Below are positions 13,229-28,107 of a DNA stretch of 64,000 nucleotides, in pieces (within the stretch, counting starts at the first letter, position 1; each line of letters opens with the position of its first letter). The DNA is from Octopus vulgaris (lineage: Eukaryota): assembly GCA_951406725.2 (NCBI GenBank), contig OX597823.1, forward strand, positions 100,006,001-100,070,000. The letters are read 5' to 3'. The position numbers and the translations under genes were made by a program. Below the pieces are notes generated by a model. The model ran no database searches and was not told where the DNA came from. It was given only the letters and a program-made list of their open reading frames with translations.

Positions 13229-15338
13229 TCCTTAAATCCTTAAAAATGTTTTAGCCCGAAGGCCGCGGCCATGCTGGGGCACCACCGCTGAATGAGCTAC
13301 ACTAGTTTGTGAATCCACCTTTGATACGTGGCACTTGATCAACAAGGGAGTTCGATGCTGCTGCCCGCATCCGTGTCTCCTGTCATAAGGTAGGTTCATC
13401 TGGGACTCCCAACAAGAAGAGATCCAGTTTAGTTTTAAAGAAACCCACATCCACACCATGTAAGTCTCTCAGGCATTTAGGGAGGATGTTAAAGAGCTGT
13501 GGTCCTCTGAAACCCAAGCTGTTGCAGTATCTGGACCTGTATTTTGATGGTGATGTTGGAATCCTTGGCACCACGCAGCGGCGCCCGTTCTGCGGTTGGA
13601 GTAACTTTGAATGCCAAAGTTTGGGACAAGACCCTCCAGGATTTTCCAGATGTATATCACTGCATATCTCTCCCGCCTCCGCTCCAGGGAGAAGAGGTTT
13701 AATACCTTCAGTCTTTCCCAGTAGCTGACATTTTGCATTGAGACGATTTTCTTTGTGTAGCTTCTCTGAGTTGCTTCGAGTTCTGCTGTTTGTTTTATAT
13801 TGTGTGGTGACCAAAGTTGGGAGCAGTAGTCCAAGCGGCTGAGGACGAATGTTTTCCATAGGACCATCAGTGTCTCCTTCTCTCTTGTTCTGAAAGTTCG
13901 GAGAATCCATCCAGCTAGCCGTCTGCATTTTATCACCAGATTGGCAATATGCATTTGGAAAGATGCATCATTGCTCATGTCAATGCCCAGGTAACGCACT
14001 GATTTTGACTCAGGGATTGCAATTCTTCCTGGGCCAGTGTATCCAGTCTTCACGTCATTTACCTTTGTGTGCCAGTAGCGCAGGGCCTGGAACTTACCTG
14101 CATTAAACTGCATGTTGTTGTCCTCAGCCCACCTGTATATTGTGTCCAGCTCATGTTGCAGATGCGCAATATTTTCAGGGTTTTGTATTGCGTGGGAGAC
14201 TTTTGTGTCATCTGCATAGCTAGCAAGGGTGGTCATCGTAGCAACTGAAGGCATGTCTGAAAGGGCCACTATGAACATCAGTGGCCCCAAGACAGTGCCC
14301 TGTGGGACACCGCTTGTTATTTGCGTTTCCTTGGAGGTGGCTCCATTGCTCACAACTGCCTGTTTTCTGTCTTTTAGGAAGTTGTGCAGCCACTCTCCAA
14401 GTTTTCCGCCTATGCCGAGACCACGCAGTTTGTGACAGATCATACCATGGTCGACTTTATCAAAGGCTTTTGCAAAGTCAAGATATATTACATCCAGATT
14501 TGAGCCATTTAGTAGCTGTTTCAACACCCAGTCATAGTGTTGCAGGAGCTGTGTTAGGCAGCCTCTACCTGGTCGAAATCCATGCTGGGTGTCAGACAGT
14601 AAGTCATTTTCTTCAAGGAACATGATTAGTTTCTTACGGACTATTCGTTCCATGACTTTGCTGATGTGTGAGGTCAGAGAGATAGGCCTATAATTTTTAG
14701 CATCTGCTCTGCTACCTCCCTTATGGATAGGGCATATTACCCCTCTTTCAGTTTGACTGGGAGCTTACCACTTGCAAGAAAGCTCTGAAAAAGAAGCTGT
14801 AGCGGTTTTGCAAGGGCTCGTTTGCACGATTTGAGAAGGATCGCTGGGAATCCATCAGGTCCAGCAGCTGAGTTTGTGTCAATCTCATCAATGGCTAGTG
14901 TGATATCATCTTCTTCGATGTTGATGTACTCAATTTTTGTCTCTTTGGCCGCTGGTAAAGTGGCAAAGAATTCTTCTGGGTTGTTTACTTGCCTGTGTCC
15001 TAGAGGTGTAGTGAACACACTTTGGAACTGTTCGTTCAGTATTTCACTTATCCTCGTGGGATTTCCTGTGAGAGAGCCATCTTTTTGGAAGAGAGGTCCT
15101 ATTCTCTGGTGCACTGTGGCTGTCTCTTTGGCAAACTTAAAGAAAGCTTTAGGGTTTGATTTTATATTTTCTATTACCCAAGCTTCTTTATCTGCTCTCT
15201 CCTTTTCATGGGACTGATGTAGACTTTTCTCAGTTTCCATTAGCATTCTTTCGAGCCGAGACTTCTCACCACTTTTGGTGTGCTTGCTCAGGCGGTTTGC
15301 AATCCTTGTCCGTCGTCTCATAAGAATCCTCCTTTCTC

Positions 15339-15340
<2 letters not shown>
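13229..15340 (-). mobile_element. 5'-truncated CR1-type LINE (RT region, disrupted)
   Basis: Motifs AAGPDG, NYRPISLTS, QHGFRPGR, YLDFAKAFDKV, SGVPQGTVLGP, YADD, LDYCSQLWSP and SLERRR. Frameshifts near 14740 and 13585. The 3' tail is GTGCCCCAGCATGGCCGCGGCCTTCGGGCTAAAAC, and (TA)n flanks both sides. Confidence 0.93.
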
Positions 15341-15381
<41 letters not shown>

Positions 15382-15522
15382 ATATATATGTGTGTATATA
15401 TATATATGTGTGTGTATATATATATATGTATGTATATATATATGTATATATATATATGTATGTATATATATATATATATGTATATGTATATATATATGTA
15501 TACATATATATGTGTTTATATA

Positions 15523-15578
<56 letters not shown>

Positions 15579-15760
15579 TATGTATATATATATATGTATA
15601 TATATAAATATATGTATATATATATGTATATATATATATAAATATATGTATATATACATGTATATATATATATATATAAATATATGTATATATATATGTA
15701 TATATATATATATAAATATATGTATATATATATATGTATATATATATATATAAATATATG

Positions 15761-15792
<32 letters not shown>

Positions 15793-15852
15793 TAAATATA
15801 CGTATATATATATATAGGTGTATATATATATATGTATATATATATATAAATT

Positions 15853-15905
<53 letters not shown>
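15341..15905. repeat. (TA)n/(TG)n microsatellite
   Basis: Direct inspection. Confidence 0.97.
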
Positions 15906-15907
<2 letters not shown>

Positions 15908-16117
15908 AATGTGTGCATATGTGGTCGGATTGAGCTAAAAATATGCACACCTATGTTAAAAGTGCTAGTGAGTTATCATGGTAACTTTGAGCAAAATTCC
16001 TCGTCTTTTTAAATGTTGCCCGCGTAGACCCGAATGAAATCGGATTATAATCCCGAAACAAGTAAAATAATAACAAACTATTTTATTCCCGAGCAAGGCC
16101 GGGTATATCTGTCAAAT

Positions 16118-16641
16118 CTATAAAATGAAGAAGGCGAACGTTGATACAAATTGGGTTTTTATGTAAAAAAAAAAAAAAAAAGGGTCTAAATGGGGCGGGA
16201 AGGGAATTAAAATTTACGGGAAGGGTCAACTTGAGATGAGAAATTGATTGGGAGATGTTTTGGGGCGCTACAGTGGTTGCTTCGTTGTGGAAACTGGGAT
16301 TTTCTTGATTTGGGGGAACACTTGGAGGTCTAGATCAGACACCTTTTTCCCGATTTCAATCAAATTCTCAACATGGTAAAGTTGAAGCGGATTTGTAAGT
16401 TAAGCGCGGAAATCTAAATTTTTTATAAATGGGATAGAGAGAGATAGATAGAGAAAGAGAAAGAGTAAGAGAAAGCGCGCGAGAGAGAGAGAGAGAGAGT
16501 CCGAGAGAAAGGAAGAGTAAGAGAGTGGGAAAACGAGAGAGAAACAGAGATGGAGAATGTGGCGAAAAGAAACAGAAAGAAAGCAACAGAAAGTAACAAC
16601 CACACCCTCACCCGCGCGTAGAGCGGGTCACCTTAAGCTAG
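16118..16641 (+). mobile_element. probable non-autonomous Helitron (3' end clear, 5' end uncertain)
   Basis: Hairpin CCCGC-GCGTAGA-GCGGG at 16611-16627 followed by CTAG^T. A second Helitron-like hairpin, CCCGAGCAAGGCCGGG, lies at about 16088-16103. Confidence 0.55.
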
Positions 16642-18084
16642 TCTTATGTATAAATCATTAAGAAAACAAGGATATAAAAAAAAGCTAATCAAGGCTACTA
16701 TTATTATACATCAGAATATTCTTAATTTGTTTAAACATCCTCCTCACTGTAGCAATATAATTTTAGTGTTAAAGCAATCTCCTTTAATCTACTTGACTTT
16801 TTTTTAATAAGTAAAACCATTATACATTGTATTGGAAACAAAAAAACTGTCACCGTTTCTTATGGAAATACTTTGAAACCATTTCTTAAACCCTTCTCTT
16901 CTACCTTCGTCAAATGAGTAAAGAGAAACCTACGTTTGCTTAGAGCGAAAAATCTTTAATCCCTTGCAGACGAAATAAGATAATGGTCAAATTATAAAAA
17001 AAGAATTCCTTTACAGTAAAATCCTGAGCAAAGAATGGACATTAATTGTATTTAGCTCCGTCTTTAAAACGTCCCTTCTAGGCATGGTGAATTTCTTTTC
17101 TCCCTTACAAGATCGCCTGTAAATGTGGTTTGATTTGAACTTAAGGAAACACAACAATGAACATCACTGTTTGAAATGGAGGTTTTACTACTTTGCTTGA
17201 AGAACTAAATTTCAGTTTAAAACATACAAACCGGCGATGCACTGTGGAAATTTATGATTATTATCAAATAGCGTAGAAAAAAAAATATTATGGTAGTGTT
17301 TTTTTAAAATTCAATCGACGTAAAGTGGCCTTAAAAAAGAAATGACTGATGTAGGGTTTTCCTCTTTGTCCTCATAACAAAAGAGAAACTGTGCCTACAA
17401 AGAATCGAAGTAGTTTATTATTTATTAGTCAGAGGAGGAGAGGGGCTATCGTCCACCTCTATAAATGTTTAATTCTGGAAAACAGGAACCTTCACCAGAG
17501 GCACTCCGTTCTGTTGCAATAACAGATACGTGCAAACGAAAATTTAAAAATAATGAGATGTATGCCATAATTTTATGCCACATTTTAAAGAAATAAATTC
17601 ATCAAACTGAAAAGGAGTGTGCTTTCAAATTGACTCCGTTTAGGGTTTGTAAATTGTCGTTACTTCATGAGAATTAACAATAACGAGATGGAGCAGAGAG
17701 AATATATTAGCGGTATAAGGGAAGTAACTCCATCTGGACTATTAACACTTCGGCAAATAAGGCCGTAAACGGATTTACATTTCAAAAATATATTTACCAA
17801 GTCGTTCTGCCTGTTCGTCTCCTAACAAATATGATGTTAATTCAGCAGATCTCAACTTTTTATAGTCTAGTGTCCCCTTTCACCAAATGGTGGTTTACAA
17901 ACTGCCCCCCCCCCCCTCTTTCTATGAGGGGACGGATTAATCAAACAGGAGTTTATTTTGCACTGAGGGACATAATCAAATGTTCTTCGATACCACTTTT
18001 TAGACATTTTCGCAGTGTCCCCATCGCTAGATTTTTACTAGATTTTACGAAAGCCAAGGGCTGTTATAATTGTTTCTGATATAG

Positions 18085-18260
18085 ACACAAGGCTACTTTG
18101 AGGTGAAAAGGTTGGTCGACGCCATCGACCCCAGTACTTCACTGGTATACTTTATCGACACCGGTGGAGGATATGCAAAGCTGACTTTGAAGGGATTGCA
18201 AATCAGAATGTATTGGAACAAATACTGGCAGGATCGATTTTTTCCTATCGATCCCGCCAG
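18085..18260 (-). mobile_element. decayed tRNA-derived SINE (same family as 37811-38041)
   Basis: ATCGACCCCAGTACTTCACTGGTA..TTTATCGAC and downstream similarity to the better copies. Confidence 0.6.
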
Positions 18261-18357
18261 TTCTCCCCTTTAATGCTGACCACGGAACACTTCCGCTTTT
18301 TCTGCTCACTGGCAACACAATGTCCTACTCCTATTTTCATTCAGAAAAATGTGTTAA

Positions 18358-18830
18358 ATACGACACGTGCTATGGAAAAGTTCCCGGACTAGCTGGTCAA
18401 CAAATGGCAGCTCGTGGTTGCATGCACAGTATGAACCAGCAGTGACCTTCAGGAGGCAGTGGGCTGAGTGACATTGCTGTTTACTTTGCAAGTTGTGAAA
18501 TTTGTGTCTTTGTAATCACATGTGAATGCTGTAGTCTGTGATTTTGTCAGAGACAGGAACAAGGAACCAACGCGAAATTTTGCATTAAACTTGTGAAGTC
18601 TACTACAAAAACATTAAGCTTGCTTCGTCAAGCTTACAGCGACGAGGCAAAGGGCGCTTCAAAAACGGAATAATGTCCCTGGAAGGCGATGAGCGATCTG
18701 GAAGACGTGTCGCGAGTGTCACCCCTGGAAATGTGGTTTTGTGCATCAAGAATTCGTCCCCCCCCCCCCAGGGCCCGAGAGTTTTGAAGCGTTTGACATT
18801 CAGCGAAAGCGACGCCAGATCTGTGGAGCT
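18358..18830 (+). mobile_element. decayed mariner element (left end plus N-terminal transposase remnant)
   Basis: TIR-like GAAAAGTTCCCGGACT resembles the 19187 element. The translated remnant reads KFCIKLVKSTTKTLSLLRQAYSDE..FKNG..SLEGDERSGR. Confidence 0.65.
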
Positions 18831-19186
18831 CTAATAATTCCGCTAATTCGTTATCATTTAGAGAAAAAGAAAAAAGTTACTAAAACAAAACAATTATTAC
18901 GATCTTCGCTGAGAAGAAAATTCATCGAATTTCCAGTTTTATTATTTTTAAAAATAGAAATGAAGATTTTAAAATCATTATTGAAGATTTCAAATACACG
19001 CCAATCAGATGGCAGAATTCTATCCACTGCGACATGCCTTCTTCCACATCTTACATTCTATTCTTTTCCTTACACTGCTTCCGTCTTTTTTTATTCCAAC
19101 ACTTCCTCCATTCGTCTCCATTTGTGAAAATTTTTACATCATATCAAAGTCTCATTTGGTTATACACAAATGTGTATCACACAATA

Positions 19187-20458
19187 CACGAGGAGGGGTG
19201 CAGAAAAGTTCCCGGCTTAAAGGGTATCGCAAAAAGGTAGAACTGTTACCTTTACAGGAGAGATAGGACAACTATCTAGATGATATGCAAAAAATCATGA
19301 TGGTATACAATATATATTTCCCTTTTCTGCGGATTTAATGTATAATGGCAGCTCCAACAGTGGATTTTGGTAATATTGAAGCACGGGCGATCATGAAGCT
19401 CCTCTTTTTGGAAGGTAAAGGAGCAGCAGAATTCCATGGCGAAGTAAAGGAAGTCTTGAAGGATGGCTTCCCATCTTACTCCACAGTGAAAAATCTGGGT
19501 ATCAAGGTTTCGGACTGGTCATTTCGAAGTCATAGATGAACCCTGGTCAGGACAACTAGCTTTCGCGACCACGGAGGACAAAGCCGACGCTATGCATGTC
19601 ATGATTCTCGAGGACTGCCGGATTTCAGTGAAATTCATAGCCGAGACTCTGGGGATTTCCTGCGAAAGAGTTACACACACCATCCACAAAAGTTTGGAAA
19701 TTAGAAAGCTTTCCGCAAAATGCGTCCCGAAATGCCTGAATGCAAATCAGAAGCACGTCAAAGTGACATCAAAGGTGATTTTAAACCGGTTTGTAGTGGG
19801 AGAAGCCGGTTTTATGGCTCGTTTAGTCATCATGGATGAAACTTGGCTTTATCATTAGGATCTGCAGACCAAACAGCATTCAATGAAGTGGTGCTACAGC
19901 GGCACCGCGCCCCAACAAGTTTCGGACCCAGAAGTCAGCTGGAAAGATCCTGGCTCCAGTGTTCTAAGACAAAGACATAAAATACCTGCCAAAGGATCGC
20001 ATCATCAACGCAGAAGGCTAAATGTCTCTATCAGACGAACTGCATGAAACTTTGATGCAGTAACGCTGTGTAAAGCTGAGTATGACGTTGAGTTCTTTCA
20101 AGGCAGTATACACACAGTACTTGAAATTCGACGGAAAATACCTGACTTTGGCTTCGGATTGGTACACCACCCACCATACTGTCCTCATTGAGCCTCCTCC
20201 AACTATCACCTCTTTCCACAAATGATTAAACACCTCAAGGTAATGAAATATCACTCCGATTTGGAAATGATCGCTGCTACACAGGCCTGCTTGTAGGCCC
20301 AACCTTCCGAGCCCTTTTTTTTACAGGGCTTAGAAAAACTGAAGGAACACTGTAATAAGTGTGTGAATCTGAGAGGGGAATATGTTGAGTAAAATCGTAA
20401 TTAACTGATCCTCCAGTATTTTCTTTTAATCAAAGCCAGAAAATTTTCAGTACCCCTC

Positions 20459-20460
<2 letters not shown>
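19187..20460 (+). mobile_element. full-length but decayed mariner transposon (about 1.27 kb)
   Basis: Imperfect TIRs GAGGGGTGCAGAAAAGTTCCCGGCTT / AAGCCAGAAAATTTTCAGTACCCCTC. Transposase remnants include RKLSAKCVPKCL, VIMDETWLYH and HHPPYCP, with stops and frameshifts. Confidence 0.9.
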
Positions 20461-20504
<44 letters not shown>

Positions 20505-20635
20505 TACATATACATATATATATATATATATACATACATATACATATATATATATATATATATACATACATATACATATATATATATATATATATACATA
20601 CATATACATATATATATATATATATATATACATAC

Positions 20636-20681
<46 letters not shown>

Positions 20682-20934
20682 ATATATACATATATATATA
20701 TACACATATACATATATATACACATGCACATATATATACACATATACATATATACATATATATATCTACACACACACAGAGAAGAAAATGGATATAATAA
20801 AATTGGGAAATTCGTGGTTTTCGCTGGTATGTCTTTAATTACTTAGATAACAGTACATATACACATATATACATATACACATGTACACACACATATACAT
20901 ATACGTATGTATGTATATATACATATATACATAT

Positions 20935-21904
20935 TGTTACGAAACCTGCCGTCGCTCAAACTCGAACCCGAGACCCTACTAAGTCGAGCGACGACGATTG
21001 ACCAGCTCAGTCGAACGGAATCCGCCACACAGAGAGAAACGGTGGTGGGGGGTGGCAGCGAACTCGAACCGGCGACCGGAGATAACAACAACAACAACAG
21101 CAGGAAGAGATAGAGAGACGGCGGAGGCAATTGGTTACATTTAAGAACAGTTTATACGACTATTACGACATCAAATAAAATGTGATACATAGCAGATACA
21201 TTAAAGAAAATAACATGCAACAGAATTAAAAAGAAAGACAACAAAATCGAAGGCATGCATGATACAGAACGTCCGAAGCAATCAAAACAAATGTTCAGCG
21301 CAATACAGTTCGAATCAATGTTCTACATTAAAGTCTTTCTCTTTCTTTCTTTTTCTCTTTAACACAATTCATAATGTTCTTTTTAATCTCATTTCTTTTC
21401 TTCCTCTTTTCCTTCTCTTTTTTTTTTAGCACAATTCTTTTTTTTTTCAACACAGTTCACAATTTAAACATAAACAAAACATACCGTTACATTTTCTAAT
21501 TACAAACTCCTACTATACAGCAATCCATGCCCTCGCGCCGCAATCTCCCTCACCTCCTCAATCCTCTGTGTATGTCTTTCTCAACGTTGTCGTTGCCTCT
21601 CTCCATCCCCGCCTTCTTGGCTGACAGTCCGTATCACTGCTGTCTTTTGCCAATTCACTGTCTTAGGCAGAACTGACCTGTTGCCATCTTACTGTCTCAG
21701 GCAGAACTGACCAACAAACCCGGTTCGTCGCATTTTAAAGGGTGGTTTCTTAAACTTTCCCTGACCGGAAAAAGGGTCAGATGTCTCTTCCAAGCCCATT
21801 AATCTCTCCAGAAACCGACAGGACAAGGGCTTTATCCGTCTGCCTTGCGCCAAACCACGAAACCAGGCCACAAGCACTCTGTTTCTCAACTGACCTCCAT
21901 ATCA
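20935..21904. mobile_element. probable solo LTR, related to 51901-52995 in opposite orientation
   Basis: Starts TGTTACG, ends with degenerate CATATCA, and has ATAT on both sides. GGAGATAACAACAACAACAACAGCAG mirrors CTGCTGTTGTTGTTGTTGTGTATATCTCC in the other copy. Confidence 0.55.
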
Positions 21905-21943
21905 ATATGTATAAATGTATGTGTATGTGTATATATATATATA

Positions 21944-22280
21944 TTCGGAGACCCCCTTCGGTCACGACACAGACCATGGGATTGCACCTAGAAAGTTACC
22001 CTCCTAGACACAAGTCCGGGCGAGGTTGTTTATGGAAGACCAGCAGTTGCCCATGCATACCAGCCTCCCCTCTCCACGCCACCAGTGTTACCCAAGGGAA
22101 AGACAAAGGTCGATACAGCTTGGCACCAGTGACGTCGCAACTCATTTCCACAGCTGAGTGAACTGGAGCAACGTGAAATAAAGTGCCTTGCTCAAGAACA
22201 CAACACGCAGCCCGGTCCGGGATTCGAGCTCACAACCTCACGATCGTAAGCTCGACGCTCCAACCACTGAGCCATGCGCC

Positions 22281-22281
<1 letters not shown>
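21944..22281 (-). mobile_element. tRNA-derived SINE
   Basis: Minus-strand head GGCGCATGGCTCAGTGG (A box) ... GAGCTCGAATCCC (B box), followed by GTGTTCTTGAGCAAGGCACTT, a conserved SINE body. Confidence 0.88.
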
Positions 22282-23033
<752 letters not shown>

Positions 23034-23393
23034 ACAAAGTGAGATAGGGGTTATGAGTGTAACCCACTATGGGATATCATTTATCAAATATACTGCCAGT
23101 AAAGTACCCAGAAGGCTAATACATAAATGCTAAGAATTGCAATGCAATTAATTCATTTATTGTATTATATGGGCGAAGGTAAAATGTTTTACCTCAAATT
23201 CATAATGCAAAATAAAAAAATGGAGGAATAGATTTCTTTCAATCATCAACTTCCAGATAATACCAATTCATATAATTTATTAACTAATTATTTAGATTAA
23301 ATAGGAACATCCAAATCCAGCAGAATAAGACAGAATAAAACAATATACATCAATAAGTAAGACAATACCATAAAAATAATACATATAAAATGG

Positions 23394-23519
23394 ATCTTAC
23401 AGCTGTTTCAGCCTGTAGATAAGAGTATCTCATTATGCCCATATTAGTCAGATGTATTGAGGTAATATGCAGTTAAAAATGAGTTACTTATATATATATC
23501 TCAAGGCCGCGTCAGAGAT
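23394..23519 (-). ncRNA. minimal type I hammerhead motif with an A9C core change, in a PLE-like terminal repeat
   Basis: Minus strand: ATCT-CTGACGC-GGCCT...AGGCT-GAAA-CAGCTG-TA-AGAT. Stem I is 4 bp and stem III is palindromic. Confidence 0.7.
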
Positions 23520-23782
23520 TATAAAGTACAATTATAAAGATATAAAATGCAAATATGAATATTAAACAAGGTACATATATACAAGAATATGCATATATGC
23601 ATATATGCATATAAGTGTATATAAACCTACATATACATATATATAAGTATATACATAATAATATACATACACATAAGGTTACAGTTAATCAGATCTATAT
23701 ACTGGAATATACATATATATATATCCACATCAAAGTGTACATATATAAAGTCCAAAGTTCATTGTGTTACATTACTAAAAAC

Positions 23783-23813
<31 letters not shown>

Positions 23814-24196
23814 ACCAATAAAGGAATATGTGCATTCTGCTATTCACAATACATAGTAGATGGAAAATACCACATAAAATATAGTATAATATAATACAGT
23901 GTAACACAACATAATAAAATGCAATATATTATATTACATATTAAATATACAATACATAATATAGTGTAACATAAAATATAGACAGATGCATATGGGAGAT
24001 GCAAGTAAATTAATTCAATAAAACAAAATAATGCAAAACAATATACAGTGTCACAATATACAATGTCATTACATTCATATATCATACAGTGAAAATCAAA
24101 AGTTTAGTCTAAATCTACATACATATATATACACACAGGTACCAAATACATCCACATGCATATACATACATGCGCAAAAACATCCATTAATACATA

Positions 24197-24593
24197 TCTT
24201 TATATATAAAAGTGAAGTTATGTGTCTGTCTCCTATGATTTAGATTCCTAACTACTCCCACATTTTGCGGTGCAGTTTAACCAAAAGCGGGTATCTTATA
24301 GTCGTGATTCATATCGAGCCCTTCTGGGTATTAGCGCGCGTCTACGATGAGTCTACGATTTATTAATAAATTTCCCATCATTTTTTCCCCATTTTTAATG
24401 CATTTTTTTGGCTATAATATAAGGGAAGTAACTCTCTAAAAATGTATTATTAAATCTCAGAACGTAAAAAGCTACAGTAACACCCCCCTTTGTGGTTAAC
24501 CATATTGAGATGGCTATTATACTTTACATCTCTAAAAATGCTTATATAGTTATTTCCCTTACAAACCCGAGCAACGCCGGGCGATACTACTAG
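24197..24593 (+). mobile_element. non-autonomous Helitron with a captured fragment
   Basis: A^TCTTTATATATAAAAG start and CCCGAGCAACGCCGGGCGATACTACTAG^T end. Segment 24467-24529 matches the end of the 55867-56403 fold-back. Confidence 0.88.
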
Positions 24594-24907
24594 TACATAT
24601 ATAAAAAGATATTATCCTTTTACATCATACAAAAAGTATATATGCATGTACATACATAGAGTTCGCAAATCAATAGGTGAATGATAGGTCTTAACGGGCT
24701 GATAGATTATTTACAATTTCAAGTTCAATTCAATTGGTTGGCACATTTGAATTTCATTGTCTTAGTTACGGTTGGTTGGTTAAAATACACATACATACAT
24801 ACATACATATATGCGCACATACCCACGTACACATAGATAAACATAAGCACGTAAATACACACATACATACATACATACATACATACATACATACATACAT
24901 ACATACA

Positions 24908-24938
<31 letters not shown>

Positions 24939-26673
24939 CCATATACATACATATATACACATATACACATACCCATAAACAGCCACTTACACATATATGT
25001 ATATATATACATACACATACATACTAATAACTAAAAAAATAATATTAGAAACCAATAAAGTGAAAACTATGCTGATTCCTAATATGTGTTCAATAATGAA
25101 TGCTTGAAAAAAGAGGTGGTTTACCAATGTACTGGTAATATCTGTATATTTTGATATATATATCTATATACTTTTTTTTTGATCCACATCAAATTTTCTA
25201 CTGGTCTCGCACGTATACGTACACCATATCATATGCATTTAGTTTGGGACTTCGGTGTATTGATCTGTACTTAGTGTGGGTCTATATACTAAACACATGG
25301 TGTTCACCTTTAGATGCGTACGTGTGTATACATACACATGGGGGTATATGTAAGTGTGTACGTATATCTATTTTTCATGTAGGTCTTTCTATGAATCCAC
25401 TTGGTGGTCTTCAATATTAAGTTCTTTTTATGTATATTTGTGCTTTTTAATTTTTTTATTTCTGTACTTTTTCATTTACTGACACTCGATAATTTATAAC
25501 TTATAATTTATTATAACATATATATGTATATGTGTACATTTGTGTATGTGTATGTGCATGTGTAGGCGTGCATCTATATCTGTATTTATGATTGTGCATG
25601 TATGTATGTCTGCGTATGTTTTGTATGTATATATGTATATATATGTATATATATGTTTGCATGTGTGTATGTGTATATATATATTGGTGTAGTCATGCAT
25701 ATGTGTATGTATATGTTTTGTGTGTATGTGTGTGTACATATGGATGTTTTATTTATGTCTATTTAAGGAGTGTGTTTGTATGTATGTGGATATATAGGTA
25801 TGTCTATTCTAGTAGGGTGTATGTATGTATTTGAATGTATGTATACATGTATATATGTATAGGTGTGTGTGTATGTATAAATATATTTTTATATTTAGCT
25901 ATGTAGCTATGTATATGTTTATATATATGTATGTATATATATGTTACTTATATGTATGTATATTTATGTGTGGGTATATGGGTATATAAGCACATATGTA
26001 TGAGTGTATATATGAATGTTCTTGTCTGTGTATACATGCTTATTTGTTTGTATATTGTATATGTATAGTATGCATATATGGGACTGTTTATAGGTCTGTA
26101 TGCACGTGTGCATGGGGATCTTTATGTACGTATATGAGTGTATATATGTATGTGCATATATATATTTACTTATGTTCCTCTACCTATATTGGATTCAGAT
26201 CTTTGTTGCATTTTACAGGTTTATTGGTATTGGGGTGGACTGTATATTTGTTTGTTTAGTTTTAACTAAGGATGTGGTCAGTCTCGAAATTGGTTTTGAT
26301 CTAACTTTTTTTTTTGCGAGGATATAAATTATATAAATTATATAACTTTTGATCAATAATAAATCACCTATTATGTTTAGGGGTACATAGATATAATAAT
26401 GAATAACCTCGGATTCATATTAAATAACCCCCTTATATTAGTATTAGCAAATGGATGTATAAATGTTTGGATAGGGATTAATACTGAATTACAATATGAG
26501 TAGTAACGTTTTTGAGTAACATTAAAACGGTATATCGATCTCTATAACTTCAACAATAATAAACTCAAACTTGTAGATATTGATATATGGTCAGATACCT
26601 AATATATTGTTTTTATTACGGTATTTTATACAACTTAACTTTTGCAACGAGTTTAAATGGAGCGGTTAAGTTG

Positions 26674-26724
<51 letters not shown>

Positions 26725-26725
26725 A

Positions 26726-26771
<46 letters not shown>

Positions 26772-28107
26772 CCAAGATATTTAGAAGTTGTGAATCCAAC
26801 CAACTAAGGGATAATATCTACCCTTTTTATTGCAATTAAAAAAGGGAGGAGGCAACTTTTCAAACTTAAAAGTAGAAGTATAAAAAAAGAACAAAACGTT
26901 TTCCACTTTGAAAAATAAAAATTTATTTTATTGTTTATTATTGTTTATATTTTGAATTACATGTATATGGGGGGGGTATTGAAATCTTTTAATTGCTTAT
27001 GACCTCTATGGGTCTCAATCCAGCCCTGTCTCTCCCCTCTGTCTCTCTCTCCCCACCTCAACTTCAGCTGAGTCTCTGAGGGATCCACAAGAAAGCCCCA
27101 GTAAGATCGATAACAGCTTGACGGGATTTCAAGATGACTAAGGAATCGAACTTTAACAATCACCGTTGTCTCATCTCAAACCAGTTTAACACTTAGACGA
27201 AGAGTAATATTCCAAACTGGGATCGATAAAACAATTTATCAAACGATAAAATATTGCAATCAAAATTTAATTAGTTTCAATTAGCATTCACTAAAATAAA
27301 TGAAACGCTCATCCGCACGCATATGCACACACTCGCACACACAAATAGAAAATATAATTTGTTTAATCAATTTATAGATTTTCAATTTCAAATTTTCTTG
27401 GATCTTTCAAATAATCGTACAGCTTTGATGTTTTTCCTCCAAAAGAAATAAGCATAGCAACGGTATTTCATAATCACTTGTGAGACGGTCGATTGTTGAT
27501 AACATCTGAGAAATATAAAACTATAAGGTGGATAATTTTAACAGACAAGATAACTTAGGAATGATGACCTAAAACCTTAAATGTTCTTTTCATTAATTTA
27601 TGAAATAGCTTTACAACTGTGACCAAAGATCAAAACAAAGCAACGGCGGAGCTTCTAGAAGAAAAATGGCGGCGAAGTCACCTTCAGATCATATTCTACT
27701 TACGGTAGCTTTTGTGTACTTACAGTTCGGTTTTACACACACACAAAATGGTTGACCCAAATGCCTTTCGTTGAGCCGAACCAAGAATGACAACTGTGTG
27801 AGAAATTAATTAAATTGAGATACATCACGAGAAAATTTGATAGTTAGTCCAGTGAAAATTTCATGAAGAGAACGAGGCAGCTTGACCGATGAATCTATAA
27901 ACTGTCAGTGTTTGGTCGGATGAGCTGTGTCCTTCAATCTGGAACAAAAACGTTGGCAGGTCAGCTTATTAGATGGACGTACTAAAATTACAACAATCCA
28001 GAACAGTTGGAACTGTTTCTCCTTAAAAAGGTCTAAAAACTTCTAAAATACACCTCGTATGTCTGTAATACACTCTACATACATTTAAATTAGACATACA
28101 AGTAAGT

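Noticed and set aside
22205-22281. tRNA gene
   Set aside because: The tRNA-like head continues into a SINE body, and other tRNA-like heads (38041, 60686) are likewise SINEs.
25060-25140. NNECLKKEVVYQCT as a third PLE endonuclease remnant
   Set aside because: The match is suggestive but too short to support a feature call.
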